NCBI RefSeq assembly: GCF_036321535.1
Contig: NC_087438.1
Coordinates: 436,001 to 500,000, forward strand
Reading direction: 5' to 3'
Length of the DNA: 64,000 nucleotides
DNA from: Camelus dromedarius
Lineage: Eukaryota
Shown: piece after piece, positions 1 to 11,529 of the stretch
Position numbering within the stretch: the first letter of the stretch is position 1
How the letters are laid out: each line of letters begins with the position of its first letter
Made by a program: the position numbers and the translations under genes
Notes under the pieces: model-generated
Database searches by the model: none
Seen by the model: the letters and a program-made list of their open reading frames with translations, nothing else
Told to the model about the DNA's origin: nothing

Positions 1-900
1 ACTCGGTCGCGCGCGACCCGGTGCCCGGCCTGCGCTCGCGCCACCGCCCCCAGCCCGTCGGCCCCACCCACAGACCGGCCAGCCCCGCCCCCGGCCTCTA
101 GCCCGCCCCAGACCCTCCAGGCCCCACCACTGGCCCGCCCCGGCTCCCCGCTTCCGCGCCTGAACAGCCCCACGCCCTGCCCGGCCCGCGTTCTCATTGG
201 AGGACGCGGCCTGTTGGCCGGCCCCCACTGGCCCCCACCCGACACGCCCCTCAGGCCCTCCCTGCGCGCTCTGGGCGGCTCCGCCCCGGCCCCTCCCGCC
301 CGGGAGCGCGGGGCGATTGAGGCAGCCGGAGCGCAGCCTCTGCCTTACAAGGCGGGTCGGCGCGGGCCCCGGGGCCAAGCAGCTCCGCGCGGCGCGGGGC
401 GGGGGCGGTGCCTGTGCGGCCCACTTGGCCCCCCGGGACCCCGGACGCGGGTGGGTGGATGGGCTCCCCGATGGGCCTCCCAGGCGGGGCGACCAGGTAC
501 TGGCCTCTCCACGGAGACTCGCGGGCCAACACGGGGATTCCGGGTAATGGGGCTCGGCCCCAACGGAGGGGGCTCAGGGTGGGGCGGGAAGTGCGGCCGC
601 TCCACGAGAGTTTGGTGGACGGCAGGAGCGTGCGGCGAGCGCCTGGGTGGGGTCGGGCCGAGGCGGGGAGGCGGATCCGTGCCGGGCACTAGGCGCGGTG
701 CGCAGCTGGGCCGTCTTCCCCGGAACAAGCGGCGGCTGCGCACCCCCCCCTCCACAGCCCCGCCAACTCCAGCTGGAGGCCTGCAGTCCTGCGTACGACA
801 TGGGCCTCCGCGGGTCACCCGTGAGAAAACCGCAGTCCTGTCTCTTCCCTTTTCTCCTCTTTTCTCGGGACACCTGCTGCCCCTCCCCACCAGGCAGGCT
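1..900. promoter_or_regulatory. CpG island with GC boxes; probable promoter region of TPPP (transcribed leftward, out of the window)
   Basis: Very high GC and CpG density, several CCCCGCCC/GGGGCGGG boxes, inverted CCAAT (ATTGG ~197). The TPPP assignment rests only on the known mammalian order TPPP-ZDHHC11-BRD9; no TPPP coding sequence is visible. Confidence 0.65.
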
Positions 901-1518
901 CTGCGCCGCGAGGGAGTGTCCCATCCTTGGGCAGGAGGTTGCTCAGCGGAAGGTTCTGGGGCCGGGCTAACGGGAGGGACTGATGCTGAGAGCTGGGACT
1001 TGGGGCGCAGGGCCTCCCTCTTTATCCTCCGGGACCCCCTCCAGTGGAGGCTGCCCTCCCCTCCCAGCTGCAGAGCCCACCCACCACCACCAACCCCACA
1101 GCATTCTTGCAGGCTCTGTCCTCGGTCCTGGCTGCAGGGACCGGGCCCCCACCCTGTACCTGGCCCTGCTCCCAGATCTCATCTGAATCAGAAGTGCCGG
1201 CAGCAGCTCCTGTCTACGCCCAAGATTCCAGCCAAGCCAGGGAGCCCGGCGAAGGCAGCAGAGGAAGCTGGAGAGCTGAACCAGAGAAGGGGCCATGCGT
1301 GCTGCTGTCCGTGAGGACGGGTTTTCCTGACTCTTCGGGAACCAAGGATGAGCAGGCTCACCCCACCAACACCAATGTGGTCCTGGTCCCAGTGCCTTCC
1401 ACTCAACCCCTCTGGCTTCTACTTCTGCACAAAACTGGCTCAAGTTAGGCTTCTAATTCTTGTTCCCTGGAAAGTTGCACACTCCGGAAAGCAGGCAAGT
1501 CCACAACTCTAGAGTCGG

Positions 1519-1665
1519 TGGGGGGAGTGTAGCTCAGTGGCAGAGCACACGCGCAGCATGCAGGAGGTCCTGCGCTCAATCCCCAGTGCGTCCCCTAAAA
1601 ATAAACTTAATTACCTCCTCCACCAGAAAAAAAATTTTAAAAACGAACAAAAACAAAACACAAAA
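1519..1665 (+). mobile_element. tRNA-derived SINE (camelid Vic-1-like)
   Basis: A-box-like GTAGCTCAGTGG, degenerate B box, TTAATTACCTCC segment, A-rich tail; GAGTCGG repeated on both flanks (degenerate TSD). Confidence 0.8.
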
Positions 1666-2029
1666 TCCTCGAGTCGGAAAAACAGGGAAAACACAAAGTC
1701 ACCTGGGTCCTGCTCCCCATGAGTGGCGGTCCTGACTAGGTTGAAGCTGGGCTGTGCCTTCACTGTCCCACACGGCTCTGAGCAGCACCATTGCTGGAAG
1801 TTACTACTAACAATGCAAATGAAATAACGAGAAATACTGCTCACTGTTAAGTTCCCCTTGTTGTGTTAGCCATGAGGTGAGCGTTTAATCCATTTTTCAA
1901 AACCTGTGCAAGGGGACCGCTCTGTAGGAGGGGTGATCAGCTGCAGTCTGAGCTCTGTCCTGGGCTTGCCTACACTTCTCAGCAGCAAGGCACAGAGGCC
2001 AGGCTGCATCTCAGACCAATCTTCAAGAA

Positions 2030-2700
2030 AATGTGTGAGAATATAGAAATACCTAGGGCCTAAGGGTAAATGTGATCACCACATAGTGCATCAGCACTAG
2101 TAGGTGTGCAAAGAAGCAAAAAAATAAGACCTATCATGAGAAGATAGTTCTAATTTGAAGCAAACCCAGAACTGACACAGGGCAGTAAGACAGAATTATG
2201 ACTTATTCCACATGTGCTAAGAGTTAGAGACATGGGAGAGATTGCCGTAGATTAAATCCATGAAGTCAGAGGGCGTGCTTAGCATGCATGAGGTCCCGGG
2301 TTCAATCCCCAGGACCTTCTCTAAGACTAAAGAAAGACATAAACTGAATTATCTCCCCCTACGGAAAAAAAATTCATGGAGATAAAAACTACAAGGCTTG
2401 AGATGAGAAAAACACACTGACCAGGATGCCTGGCAGATTAGGCACTGAAGCAGCACAGCAATGCAGCTACCCAGAGTGAAGCAGAGAAGAGAATTTTTAA
2501 AAAACCATCAGGGATCTGAGGGACAGCTGCCACTGCCTACGTGTTTAATCCGAGTCCTCGAAGAGGAGGAGAAAATACTAGGGTTGGGGGTGCAGAAAAA
2601 ATGCTAGAGGAAACAATGGCCAGAATGTTTCCAAATTTGATGTAAACTGTAAACCACAGGTGCAAGCAGCTCGAGGAACCCTGGACATAAGGACCGTGGG
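2030..2700 (+). mobile_element. Ancient L1 ORF1-region remnant, interrupted by a SINE
   Basis: A-rich; L1M-type motif GAAACAATGGCCAGAATGTTTCCAAATTTGATG; boundaries approximate. Confidence 0.6.
2266..2369 (+). mobile_element. 5'-truncated tRNA-derived SINE
   Basis: GCTTAGCATGCATGAGGTCCCGGGTTCAATCCCCAG (B box); TSD AAATCCATGAAG (2254-2265) / AAATTCATGGAG (2370-2381). Confidence 0.8.
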
Positions 2701-2929
2701 GGACACAGCATGGTGTCCCAGCCACCCTGCTCAGCACAGGCTGTGGAAACAGCAAGGGCAGCAGAGCAGGTGCGGGGGACACAGCCCACCTGTGCCCGGA
2801 CGGCAGGCTTACGCTGGCTCTGCTTTGGGAAATGGCCCCACTCGCGTGCCTGAGGAGAGGGCACACTTCCTAAAAAGGGAGTCCAGTGTCCCGCAGACGC
2901 CTGGTGGACCCGGCTCATTCGCTGTGTTG

Positions 2930-3760
2930 TCCAAATCTGCATTTTCGCTCCTTTCCCAGTCCAGGGGCCTGACGCGGGTGAGGGGTGTGTTGAAAGCACT
3001 TCTCCAGCGTCCCTGTTGGCTTCTGTCAACGTTTGCTCTGCATCTGTTCCTTCTTGGTTTTTATCTTTGCAAAGTCCCCTTGGTGCAGATTTGTTAGTGG
3101 TAAACTCAGCTTTCATTTATCTAAAAATGTGGGGTTTGCTCTTTTTCCTAAAGAGACATTGCTGGGTACACGTGTCCAGGCTGACAGCTACTTTCTGTCA
3201 CACGTGCACCGCTCCTTCTGTTTTCACCGTCGAGAAGGCTGCTGTCCGTCGGTCTTCCTCTGTAGGTGATGTTCCCTCTGTCTGATGGCCTTTAAAGTCA
3301 CACTGTCTGTGGTGTCTGCCTCTCCCTACAAGATGTGCAGGAGTGGATTTCTTATCTGTGCAGCTGGTTATAGATGAGGCCTTCTGCACCTGCTCATCAT
3401 GCCGTGTAATTTCAGGGAAACACCCACAGCATCTCTTAGAATCCCCCCGACAGTCTCTTGTCTCCCTGGTCTCCAGCCAGACTTGTCTTAGGCCCCATTC
3501 TGTCCTCCAGTGCTTAACCTCTCCTTCATGCTGTCCATCTCTCACCCTCTCTCCTGCATCTGCTTTCTGAGTAATTTCTTAGGATTACTTTCCAGTTTAA
3601 TCATTCTTTCTTCGGCTGTGTTTAATCTGCTGTTTAATTTAGCTGTTAAGTTTAATTTAACAGGTGTATTTATTCCTGAAAGCTGTTTGGGTCTCTTACG
3701 TACCTTCCTGACACGTAGAAAGCCTTCTTGTGGCTCATTCTCGGGGTTTTCCTGCATTTA
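2930..3760 (-). mobile_element. Ancient L1 ORF1 remnant (antisense)
   Basis: T-rich; minus-strand translation LNSRLNTAEERMIKLE resembles the L1 ORF1p coiled coil. Confidence 0.6.
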
Positions 3761-4159
3761 AATGTATCATGCATCCTATGGAATATTCTGCATTTCCAGT
3801 TCCAGACCAGAAGCTTCTGGGCCTAAACCCCCTTTATTGTCGCCTTTGACTCCCACTCACATTGGTGTGTTTTCTTTGTGGCCTTTGTTCGTGAGCTTAT
3901 TTGGATCGATCTTAAACTCTGAAGCCTAGAAACCTACGCGGTGTAAGCTCTTAGCCTTAGTTCAGCTCGTTTCTGCCCGAGCCCCCGAGTTAGCCTTGGA
4001 CTCTTGCAGTCAGCCCTGCTTTTGGTTCAAGGCCTGGTTTCCAAGAAGCCCCATCCTTCTGTGTGCTCACGCTTCACCTCCAAGCTCACTTTCTTTCTCT
4101 AGTTTCTTGACGATTTTCTTACTTTCTTTAACTGAGGATGCCATAAAGATGCATTTTTT

Positions 4160-4661
4160 CATCAACAGATGACTGGATGGGGAAGCTGTGGTATATATAC
4201 ACATGGAATCCTACTCAGCCATAAAAAAGAGTAAAGTAATGCCATTTGCAGCAACATGCATGGACCTGGAGATCGTCATTCTAGGTGAAGTGAGCCAGAG
4301 AGAGAAAAGTGCCACATGACATCACTATATCTGGAATCTGAAAAAAGGGACACAAATGAACTAATTATTTGTAACTTAAATGACTGATTTCTTGAACATG
4401 TGAAGCACATCTGACTGTGCTTTATAATTGGATCACCGCATTCTGTTGATCCTTATTTTGTGGTTGGCTTTATTCCTTTGATGACTAAGTAAGTTTAAAA
4501 AGCTAAAGATCTAAACTGTTCTTAGAAACAATGAACAGCACATGTATGTAAACGGAAACAAATATGTGCAGTGTGTTGTACACGTGTATTTACATATAAT
4601 ACATTATATATGTGCAAAGTGTAACAATTCTACCTAATAAAACTGAAAAATGAAAAAAAAA
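4160..4661 (+). mobile_element. 5'-truncated L1 (ORF2 end/3'UTR) joined to an AT-rich 3' segment with AATAAA and A tail
   Basis: 4160-4370 matches the L1 at ~55420-55620 of this window; AATAAA 4636-4641; GCATTTTTT repeated at 4151-4159 and 4662-4670. Confidence 0.8.
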
Positions 4662-6370
4662 GCATTTTTTAGCAAGTCTAATTGTTTTGTAGTGAAACCT
4701 CCATCCTGCAGCCTGGAAACCCTTTCTTCATGTCTCATTTGCTGGGTCTTAGTTCAAATCCGTGACTCAGGTGGGCATGGGTGTATTGCCCATCCTTTGG
4801 TCAGTGCTTTCCAGCTTCTGAACCTGTTTCCTACTAGGGGGCCGTCTGGCTTCTGGGCTTGAGTGGGAGGCAGAGACCATCCCCCCCGGATGCTGGAGGC
4901 TCACCTTTCTTCAGGTCGAGGTCAGGTGAGAGGCTGGGTTCCCCCAGGAGCCCACATGGACTTTCTTACGCGTGCAGTCAAGGCCGCTCCTGTGACCACA
5001 ATCCAGTCAAGTCACTCGGGTGACAGCAGGTCCACTAGCAGGTCTGGGGGGGACGGGTCTCTGCAGACTTAGGGGGCTGGGGCAGGAGCCAGAGTGCAGC
5101 TAGCAGCCCAGAGGGACCCTGCCCCAGTGGAGGAAGGCAGAGGGGGCTGGGGGTGGGCAGGGAGAAGGTGCGGGGTGGGTGCCCCAGGAGGCAGGCAGGA
5201 GGGGTCAGCAGCCTCCAGCTTGGAGGCAGGGCCCACTGACCACGTTGATGGGGACAGGGAGGGTGGGGCGTGGCTGCAGGAGGGCTGGCTCACCCTGGAG
5301 AGGCCCAAGGGCCCACGGGGGTCTTCCTGGTGGTCCCCAAGGGAGAACACAGCTGTCAGGAGGAAGGACCTGGAGACAGACTCAGCGACTGAAGAAGATC
5401 ATGGGAGTGAGCAGGTGAGGCCAAGGGTCTACTGGTGTTCGACCACGTGTGCTCACCTGACGAGGGACCACACAGGTGGTCCTGCAGGGTCAGGCCTCTG
5501 GGAAGCAGACGTCATTACCACGTAGCTCACGTAGCCCACGGAGGAGGAAACGGGAATGTTAAGGAGCCTGCCCCAGGGCCACCTGCTCCAGGAAACATGG
5601 TCATAGCAAGCGTGACCACGGTGGCACCAGAGTGTGGCTGCCACTGGGCCCACCAGGGCACCTCCTGTGGTGACCCAGTGTAGGCGAGAGCCTGGCCAGC
5701 TAGGGGGCAGGGAAGTGGCGGTTACGAGGCTGGGGCCGCTCCCACCTGGGGCCTGGCTTGGGCCCAGACCAGGCCTGTTCACGCCGGGCTTCAGAGCCCA
5801 GCGCTGGGTGGCTCAGGTGTGGGGGACCCGAGAGCTCTGAGCCCGGCTCACCGGCAGCCCTCCACCGGAAGCAAGGACTTAAAGTCTACCAAGACTGAGT
5901 TCAAGCTTATTGCCATTACAATTCAGTTTTATGACTTTCTATAAAACTGACTAAGGAATTCTTTTTTTTTTTTGACTAAGGAATTCTGAAGAATTTTCTT
6001 CAAAGCTACTTAAATTCATCACCATTATCAACACTGACAATCAATGAAAGTGAAAACACTGCACCCCGCCCGCCTCGAGTCCGCCCTCCTTCTGGAACAA
6101 CAGAGACGTGATTAGGAACCTGCGCTGCCGCTAAAGCACAGCTTCCGAAGCGAGTGAGACGCAGAGCTCGTTCAAACCTTTCCAAGCGGCCCAAACCGGA
6201 GTGGGGCTCTGTTCCCTCCTCTTCCCCTGCTTAGGAAGAGCGTGAGGCCCTGTGCAGGTGGCGTCTGAAGGTGGGCATCAGGTGCCCAGCGTCTCTGCCT
6301 CCAAGTGGAAGCCGGGCCAGCTCTGCGGGGGGGGGGGGGCTTCTTGGGGGTCTTGGGGGATGAACTTGCT

Positions 6371-6874
6371 CTAAACGCCCGGAGGGGGCCCGTCCCTGGG
6401 CTCCTCCGAGTCCTTGGGCATCGTGATCACAGTGAAGGAGGTAGTGTCCCCAGGCTTGGTGGCCCCTTGGAGGGGGCAGCCCTGCTCCAGACGGATGAGA
6501 GAGGTCATCTCAATCCCACACTCCCTCTGAGCGGCCCGCAGGCCCTGGGCCGACCGGGTGGCCCACAGAGCTGCCTCCTGCTCAGGCTCTGACTGTCCTC
6601 GGGGCGTCTCCTGGATGGCCTGCTCCTCCTCCAGCTTTGGCATATAGATGACGGTGGTCTCCAGCACCCAGCACTCCTGGCGTCCAGGGAGGGCGTCCTG
6701 GGGCCTCAGGGGCTGCACATCCTGGTTGCCATCCTGCAGAGAGTGCGGGAGTGGGAGGTTTTCCAGAGCCGACTCCCCAGACGGGATCTCGGAGGAGAGG
6801 GGCTCCTGGATGGGGCACTCGGCCAGTGCAGGACCCTCAGCTCCTGTGGGTAAAGGAACTGTTACCACGGGCAC
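6371..6874 (-). CDS. ZDHHC11: ZDHHC11 terminal exon: 167-codon frame (phase 0, stop at 6371) or short GARGNSSFTHRS* frame (phase 1, stop at 6837)
   Basis: Strong acceptor CCCCTTCCTCCTAG immediately before 6874; long acidic/Pro-rich ORF starts exactly at the acceptor. Confidence 0.6.
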   Translation of the reverse strand: MPVVTVPLPTGAEGPALAECPIQEPLSSEIPSGESALENLPLPHSLQDGNQDVQPLRPQDALPGRQECWVLETTVIYMPKLEEEQAIQETPRGQSEPEQEAALWATRSAQGLRAAQRECGIEMTSLIRLEQGCPLQGATKPGDTTSFTVITMPKDSEEPRDGPPPGV

Positions 6875-7399
6875 CTAGGAGGAAGGGGCGCAGGGGGCAC
6901 ACAGCATGGAGCCCCCACGGCCACAGCGCATGGCTGGCCTTCCCGTGAAGACTGGCAGGCGCTCCTGCACCTCTTGCTGGGAGGTGGGGCTGGCTCCCGG
7001 CTTGGCCCCCAGGAGAGCACCTGGGGGCCCACATGGAGCCCACTCGCAGCTGGGGCTTGGAGCACCCTCCTCCCCAGCCCGGCTCCCCCCGCCCGACCCT
7101 AGTCACAGCAGCCGAGGGTCTCCACGACCCTCATTGCGAAGTATAAAAACTTTCACCACATCAGAGAAAAATGAAGGAGTGACAGCCCAGGTTAGGAGCC
7201 CCGGGTGGGGACCCTGTGCGTCCTCTCTGGTCACGTCCCCTCCCACCTCCGTGGCCAACAGGTGAGCACGCGGGCAGCCTTCCCTCCGCTGTCACACGCG
7301 TCCAGTGTGCCTCGCACACGCAGCCAGGCTCTCTAAACAGCTTTGCTGTCTACCGCCCGTTTTTCACCATCACAGATGAAACCAAAGCCCTCTCCATTT

Positions 7400-8450
7400 T
7401 CCTCCTCCCCAGGGCATGGAGGCCGCGTCAGCCTGTCCGGTGGGCCTGGGTCTGCGACGCTGCCTGCTCTCGGTGAGCGCGACACGGCCCCTCTGGAAAG
7501 CACCCCTGAGCTTTGTAACTTCTCCACGGGTCCTGCGCGTCTTCTGTCAGAGTTACTCCCAGTGACTCGTTTTCTAGAAGTGCTGTTGTCCATTTTCCCC
7601 TAACGCTTGTGACTCACGTGTGGAAACGTCCGTGTGACCCTCACTCTGACCAGGCCCGCTGGTGGGGTGCTGCTGCCGAGGCCCTCCCAGCACGCTCGCT
7701 GCTCAAGGTGCGACTCAGCTTTGCTCTGGCCTCCATTAGGATGAGCGAGGTCAGTTCGTGAATGACTCCTTGGAAGATAATCTGTCACTAGATATTTTAA
7801 AGTATCTTTCCTTTTGTCAGTTTGCTCATGATATGTCTAGAATTTTATTTAATTTTATTTGTATCCTACGACAGGGTTGGCAAATTCTCAGCCATTGTCT
7901 CTTTAAAGATTGCCTCTCCCCAACCTTCTCTCTCCTCTCTCTGGGACTCGGCTCGCAGGAAGCACAGCCTTCGCCCTCGGCCGGCCCTCCTCTTCATGTT
8001 CGGCGTGTCTTGGCCCCGGTGCACCGACTCCGGCAGGGTCCTCGTCTGCCATTCTCACCGGGGCTGTTTCCAGCCGTGACTGCTGCGCTGTTGAGTCCAT
8101 CAGTCAATTTGTACATTTCAGGGGTATTTTTTGCATTTCTGTGTGTTTTATTCAGTCCTTTTTCAAAAGTGGTAATTTAAAACATTCTTCTGTTCTCTCC
8201 AGATATTCTAAACTTTGCCTTTCATTTCTCTAAAGAAAATCATCATAGTCACGTTGTGCTTCCATCTTCTGCCTCCGGCCTGAAGTCTCTGTGTGTCTGT
8301 TTCTGCTGTGCTTCTGTTGGCCTCACTCAAGGGCTTTGTTTCCATGTGTGGTCAGTCACTTTTTATTGAAGCTGCTCATTCTCTTGCAATTCTGTTTGTG
8401 ATTCTTGGTGATTCCTCGGACGGGCTCGGCCTGGCTCCCAGGGGGCTGGG
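7400..8450 (-). mobile_element. Ancient L1 ORF1-region remnant (antisense)
   Basis: T-rich; GGCAAATTCTCAGCCATTGTCTCTTTAAAGATTGCCTCT is the reverse of the L1M ORF1 EIMAENFP motif. Confidence 0.55.
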
Positions 8451-9726
8451 CCTGGCTCCCTCTGTGTCAGGTCTCAGCTGGTGGGTCTGTGGGACCACCC
8501 GCCTGCCGCAGAGCCGGGGACAGCCTGGAGTTCCCTGCAGTCAGCAGTGAGTGATCTCCTCTTTTCCTCTCACCTCCAAGGTTTGAGAAGGCCAGTTGTT
8601 CCTGTGTCCTTTGTGGGTACAGAGCTGGGTCCCTCTGGTTCACCTCCACAGTGGGGTACAGCCATTTGGGGGTCCCAGTTTTATAGGACAACTTACCCCA
8701 ACTTTGGCTCTGAACTGGCCTCCTGTGCATCTGTGAAAACCGAGGGCAGCAGGCTGGCAGGTGCCCTGGGGTTCTCTCTGGGCTTCCTCTTTGCCGCCGT
8801 CCCCGGCCTGAGAATCCCTCACTGCCTGGCAGTTCACCATCCCCTCTAGGGAGACTTGCGCCGGGCCCGGCGCTCCCTCCCACACCCCGGCGCTTTGTCC
8901 AGAGCGTGAACGTCCCAGTAATCAACTTGCAGACTCCATTGTTCCATCTCTGCTCCTCTCCCTCTCGTTTAAGCCGTCCGTACCTCGTGGCCCTTGTAGT
9001 CCACCTTACGTGGACTTACGTCAGAGTCAAGCCCAGTCTCTGTCTCCTTCCCAGCAGTCGGAGTCTTTGAGTCCTACATCGCAGGCATGCTGAGAAGACG
9101 TGTGCCCTCCAGAAGCACCTTGTGTGCCCTGAAGGAACGTAATCGTCCCGGAGTCCGTTGTTTAAAAGCTGAGTGACACCATCTCAAAAGCAGTCTGGCA
9201 GGATGAAGACGTGCCAATGATGAACACTCTGCCTGAAACTACTCGAAGCTCTGGCAGGCGGGCCACGGCGGCGCCGACTCTGAGCACGCGTACTGCACGC
9301 TGGACCTCTTGTCTCAACTGAAGGTCAGGCTCCCTTGCTCTGCGTGGTCCCCGTCCCTCATCGGGATCCAGAGCCCAGACTGGTGGCCGGGCGGGAGGAC
9401 GCCCAGAGCAGCCCTTGGTGAGGTGCAGTCGCCTGCAGGCGGCTGCTTCAGTGGGCGTCCAGCTCCACCTCCTGGGCCCAGCTTCCTGGCACTGGGGGGG
9501 GGGGGGGGGCGGGGGCGGGGCAGGGCAAACGCGCAGGGCGTCGGGGAGCTGGCTGCTGACCGTCCGGTGGGCTCGAGTGTGTCCTGCACAACACGGAGAC
9601 AAGCCTCCAGCCCTGACTTTCCACGGTGATTTCTCTCTTTCCTCCTATTTCTTTAGCAAACATCTAACTCTCTAGAGAATCAAACTTGAGCAGCTCTCAA
9701 ATGACCCAGACTACAGAATGTCTTAC

Positions 9727-9802
9727 CTGAAGCGAACACTTCATTTTCAGCAGCATCTCCGGCTGCTGTCTGCCCTGTTTCCTGTTGTTGATCCCTTGCA
9801 AC
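9727..9802 (-). CDS. ZDHHC11: ZDHHC11 tail exon, 76 nt (VARDQQQETGQTAAGDAAENEVFAS)
   Basis: TTCCTCTTTCTGTAG acceptor, CAG|GTAAGA donor; resembles the human C-terminus QQETTEPMKTDSAESED as I recall it. Confidence 0.75.
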
Positions 9803-11011
9803 CTACAGAAAGAGGAATAATTGGGAAGATACAATGCGGTTTTCGTCATACGGCCAGAGGGGACGACGTGGCGGCAAGAAGGCGTCGTGGAGAAAGACAG
9901 ACCTGCCTCTCCCCGACGGGACCCGGGCAGCACCGCACCTCTCAGAACGCCCGTCTCTGTGTGGGGCGAGGACCATGGCTGCACTGGGGGAAGGGTGTCG
10001 GCTTTCTGTCTGCATGTGCGTCAGGACAGACACCAGCGCTTCGCCTGGCGTGTAGGTGGGGCACCAAAACGGAGGGAAGTGAGGGTACCTTCTCCACACA
10101 GCCGCTTGATGGTGCTGAGTTCTGGCTACCAGGAAGCCCCAGTGTTTCTCACCCACATCTGAAGGCGAGCATTCTGCTCCTTGCCCTGTGCTGCCCTGAC
10201 CCAGCGGACTGGTGCCTGCTCGTCACAGACAGGAGGGGTGACCAGAGTTCTTGCCAGACTCGCTGAAGGGCCAGGGACGGTACTTCTACTCTCAGTGCTG
10301 CGTGTGGCATGAACCAGCGGCTGGGACTATGCAAGGTTTTTCTTTGGAAGTTTTGCAAGACCTAGAGGGAAAAACGTCACTAGGAGACGTCTTTACCAAA
10401 ACAGCACATTTGCAATACGGTGTGGCTCCCTTCCTTGATCCAATACTTAAGATTTATAGTTGAGAGGTAAACAGATACATAAATGAGTAAAAATATAACT
10501 TCAGGGGGAAAGTAGAAGGGAAACCCTTGCTGGGCCAGAAATGACAACTCCCCGAAGAGGAGAAAGAAACGGGCCCAGAGACGTGGTCGGAGGCTGGTGC
10601 TGTGGAGGCACGAGAGGCCCTCACGGAGCCCCGGGGCTGGGCGCGGCTCCCGTGGCCAGCGCGCCGGGTCACCTGCGGGCTGAGCAGCGGGGCGCTGGGT
10701 GCTGGGACAGGCTTTCTGGATCTGCAGGAGCCACAGAGCGTCTGCCCCCAGAGGAAAGCGGTGGGGGCGGTAACCTCGGGGCGGACGTGGGAGGGAAACA
10801 CACGCAGGAAGGGGGGCTCCAGAAGGAAAGGTGGGCCGAGGCACCGCCACAGAAGCCTGAAGGTTTCTGACGGTGAGGGGAGCGAAGCGTTGCCTCGCGT
10901 GGAAGTGGAAGCGGGTGACAAGCCTGGCAGGCGCAGCAGGGAGGACAGGCAGAAGACGGCGTGCTGAGGGGGTGTGCTCCACGTGCGCCGAATGATGCAG
11001 CGCCAGTTTAC

Positions 11012-11074
11012 CTTAGGACAAGGGGTGCGGCGGGCGGCTTCAGAGGCCGGCCCTCCACTGAGCGACCGTGCTGC
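11012..11074 (-). CDS. ZDHHC11: ZDHHC11 tail exon, 63 nt (AARSLSGGPASEAARRTPCPK)
   Basis: TTGCTCCTTTAG acceptor, AAG|GTAAAC donor, phase 0-0, open in frame. Confidence 0.55.
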
Positions 11075-11529
11075 CTAAAGGAGCAACGACCACTGTATCT
11101 CGCTTGGGAGCCCAATCGGTCCTGGAGCATCTGGGGGGGACGGAGCCCCTGCCCCGGCCCTCGAGCCCTGCTGCGGCTGCGTGGGGAGCAGCTGGCTGAG
11201 GCGACCACTGGGGACTCTGCACTGTGGGGGTTTGAGGCTGTGAGCTTTGGCTGGTCCGGCCTTGCCCCAACGGTGGGCACAGGCGCCTGCCTAGGTTTTG
11301 GCCTCCTTGGTGGCAGCAGCTTCCCTCCGTGCCATCTACTTGAATGTGTAAAGAGACAGAATCTTTCCCCCTTCATTTGCAGCCAGACATTTAAGGAAAT
11401 CTTTGTCAGGTCACTGGCTGACCACAGGGATAATGGAAGAGAAACTTCAGTGACTCAAAATACGCATTTTGCCAAAGCAGTTTGGAAAAGTCACAAACAC
11501 ACAGTTCCAGCCCTCAACAGGCAACAATC

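Noticed and set aside
197..1448. Long overlapping ORFs (up to 366 aa) in the CpG island
   Set aside because: G/P/R/A-rich, open on both strands, no recognisable domain; expected from stop-codon scarcity in GC-rich DNA.
1519..1600. tRNA-like sequences (also 2270-2310 and 27020-27085)
   Set aside because: Degenerate heads with A tails and TSDs: SINEs, not tRNA genes.
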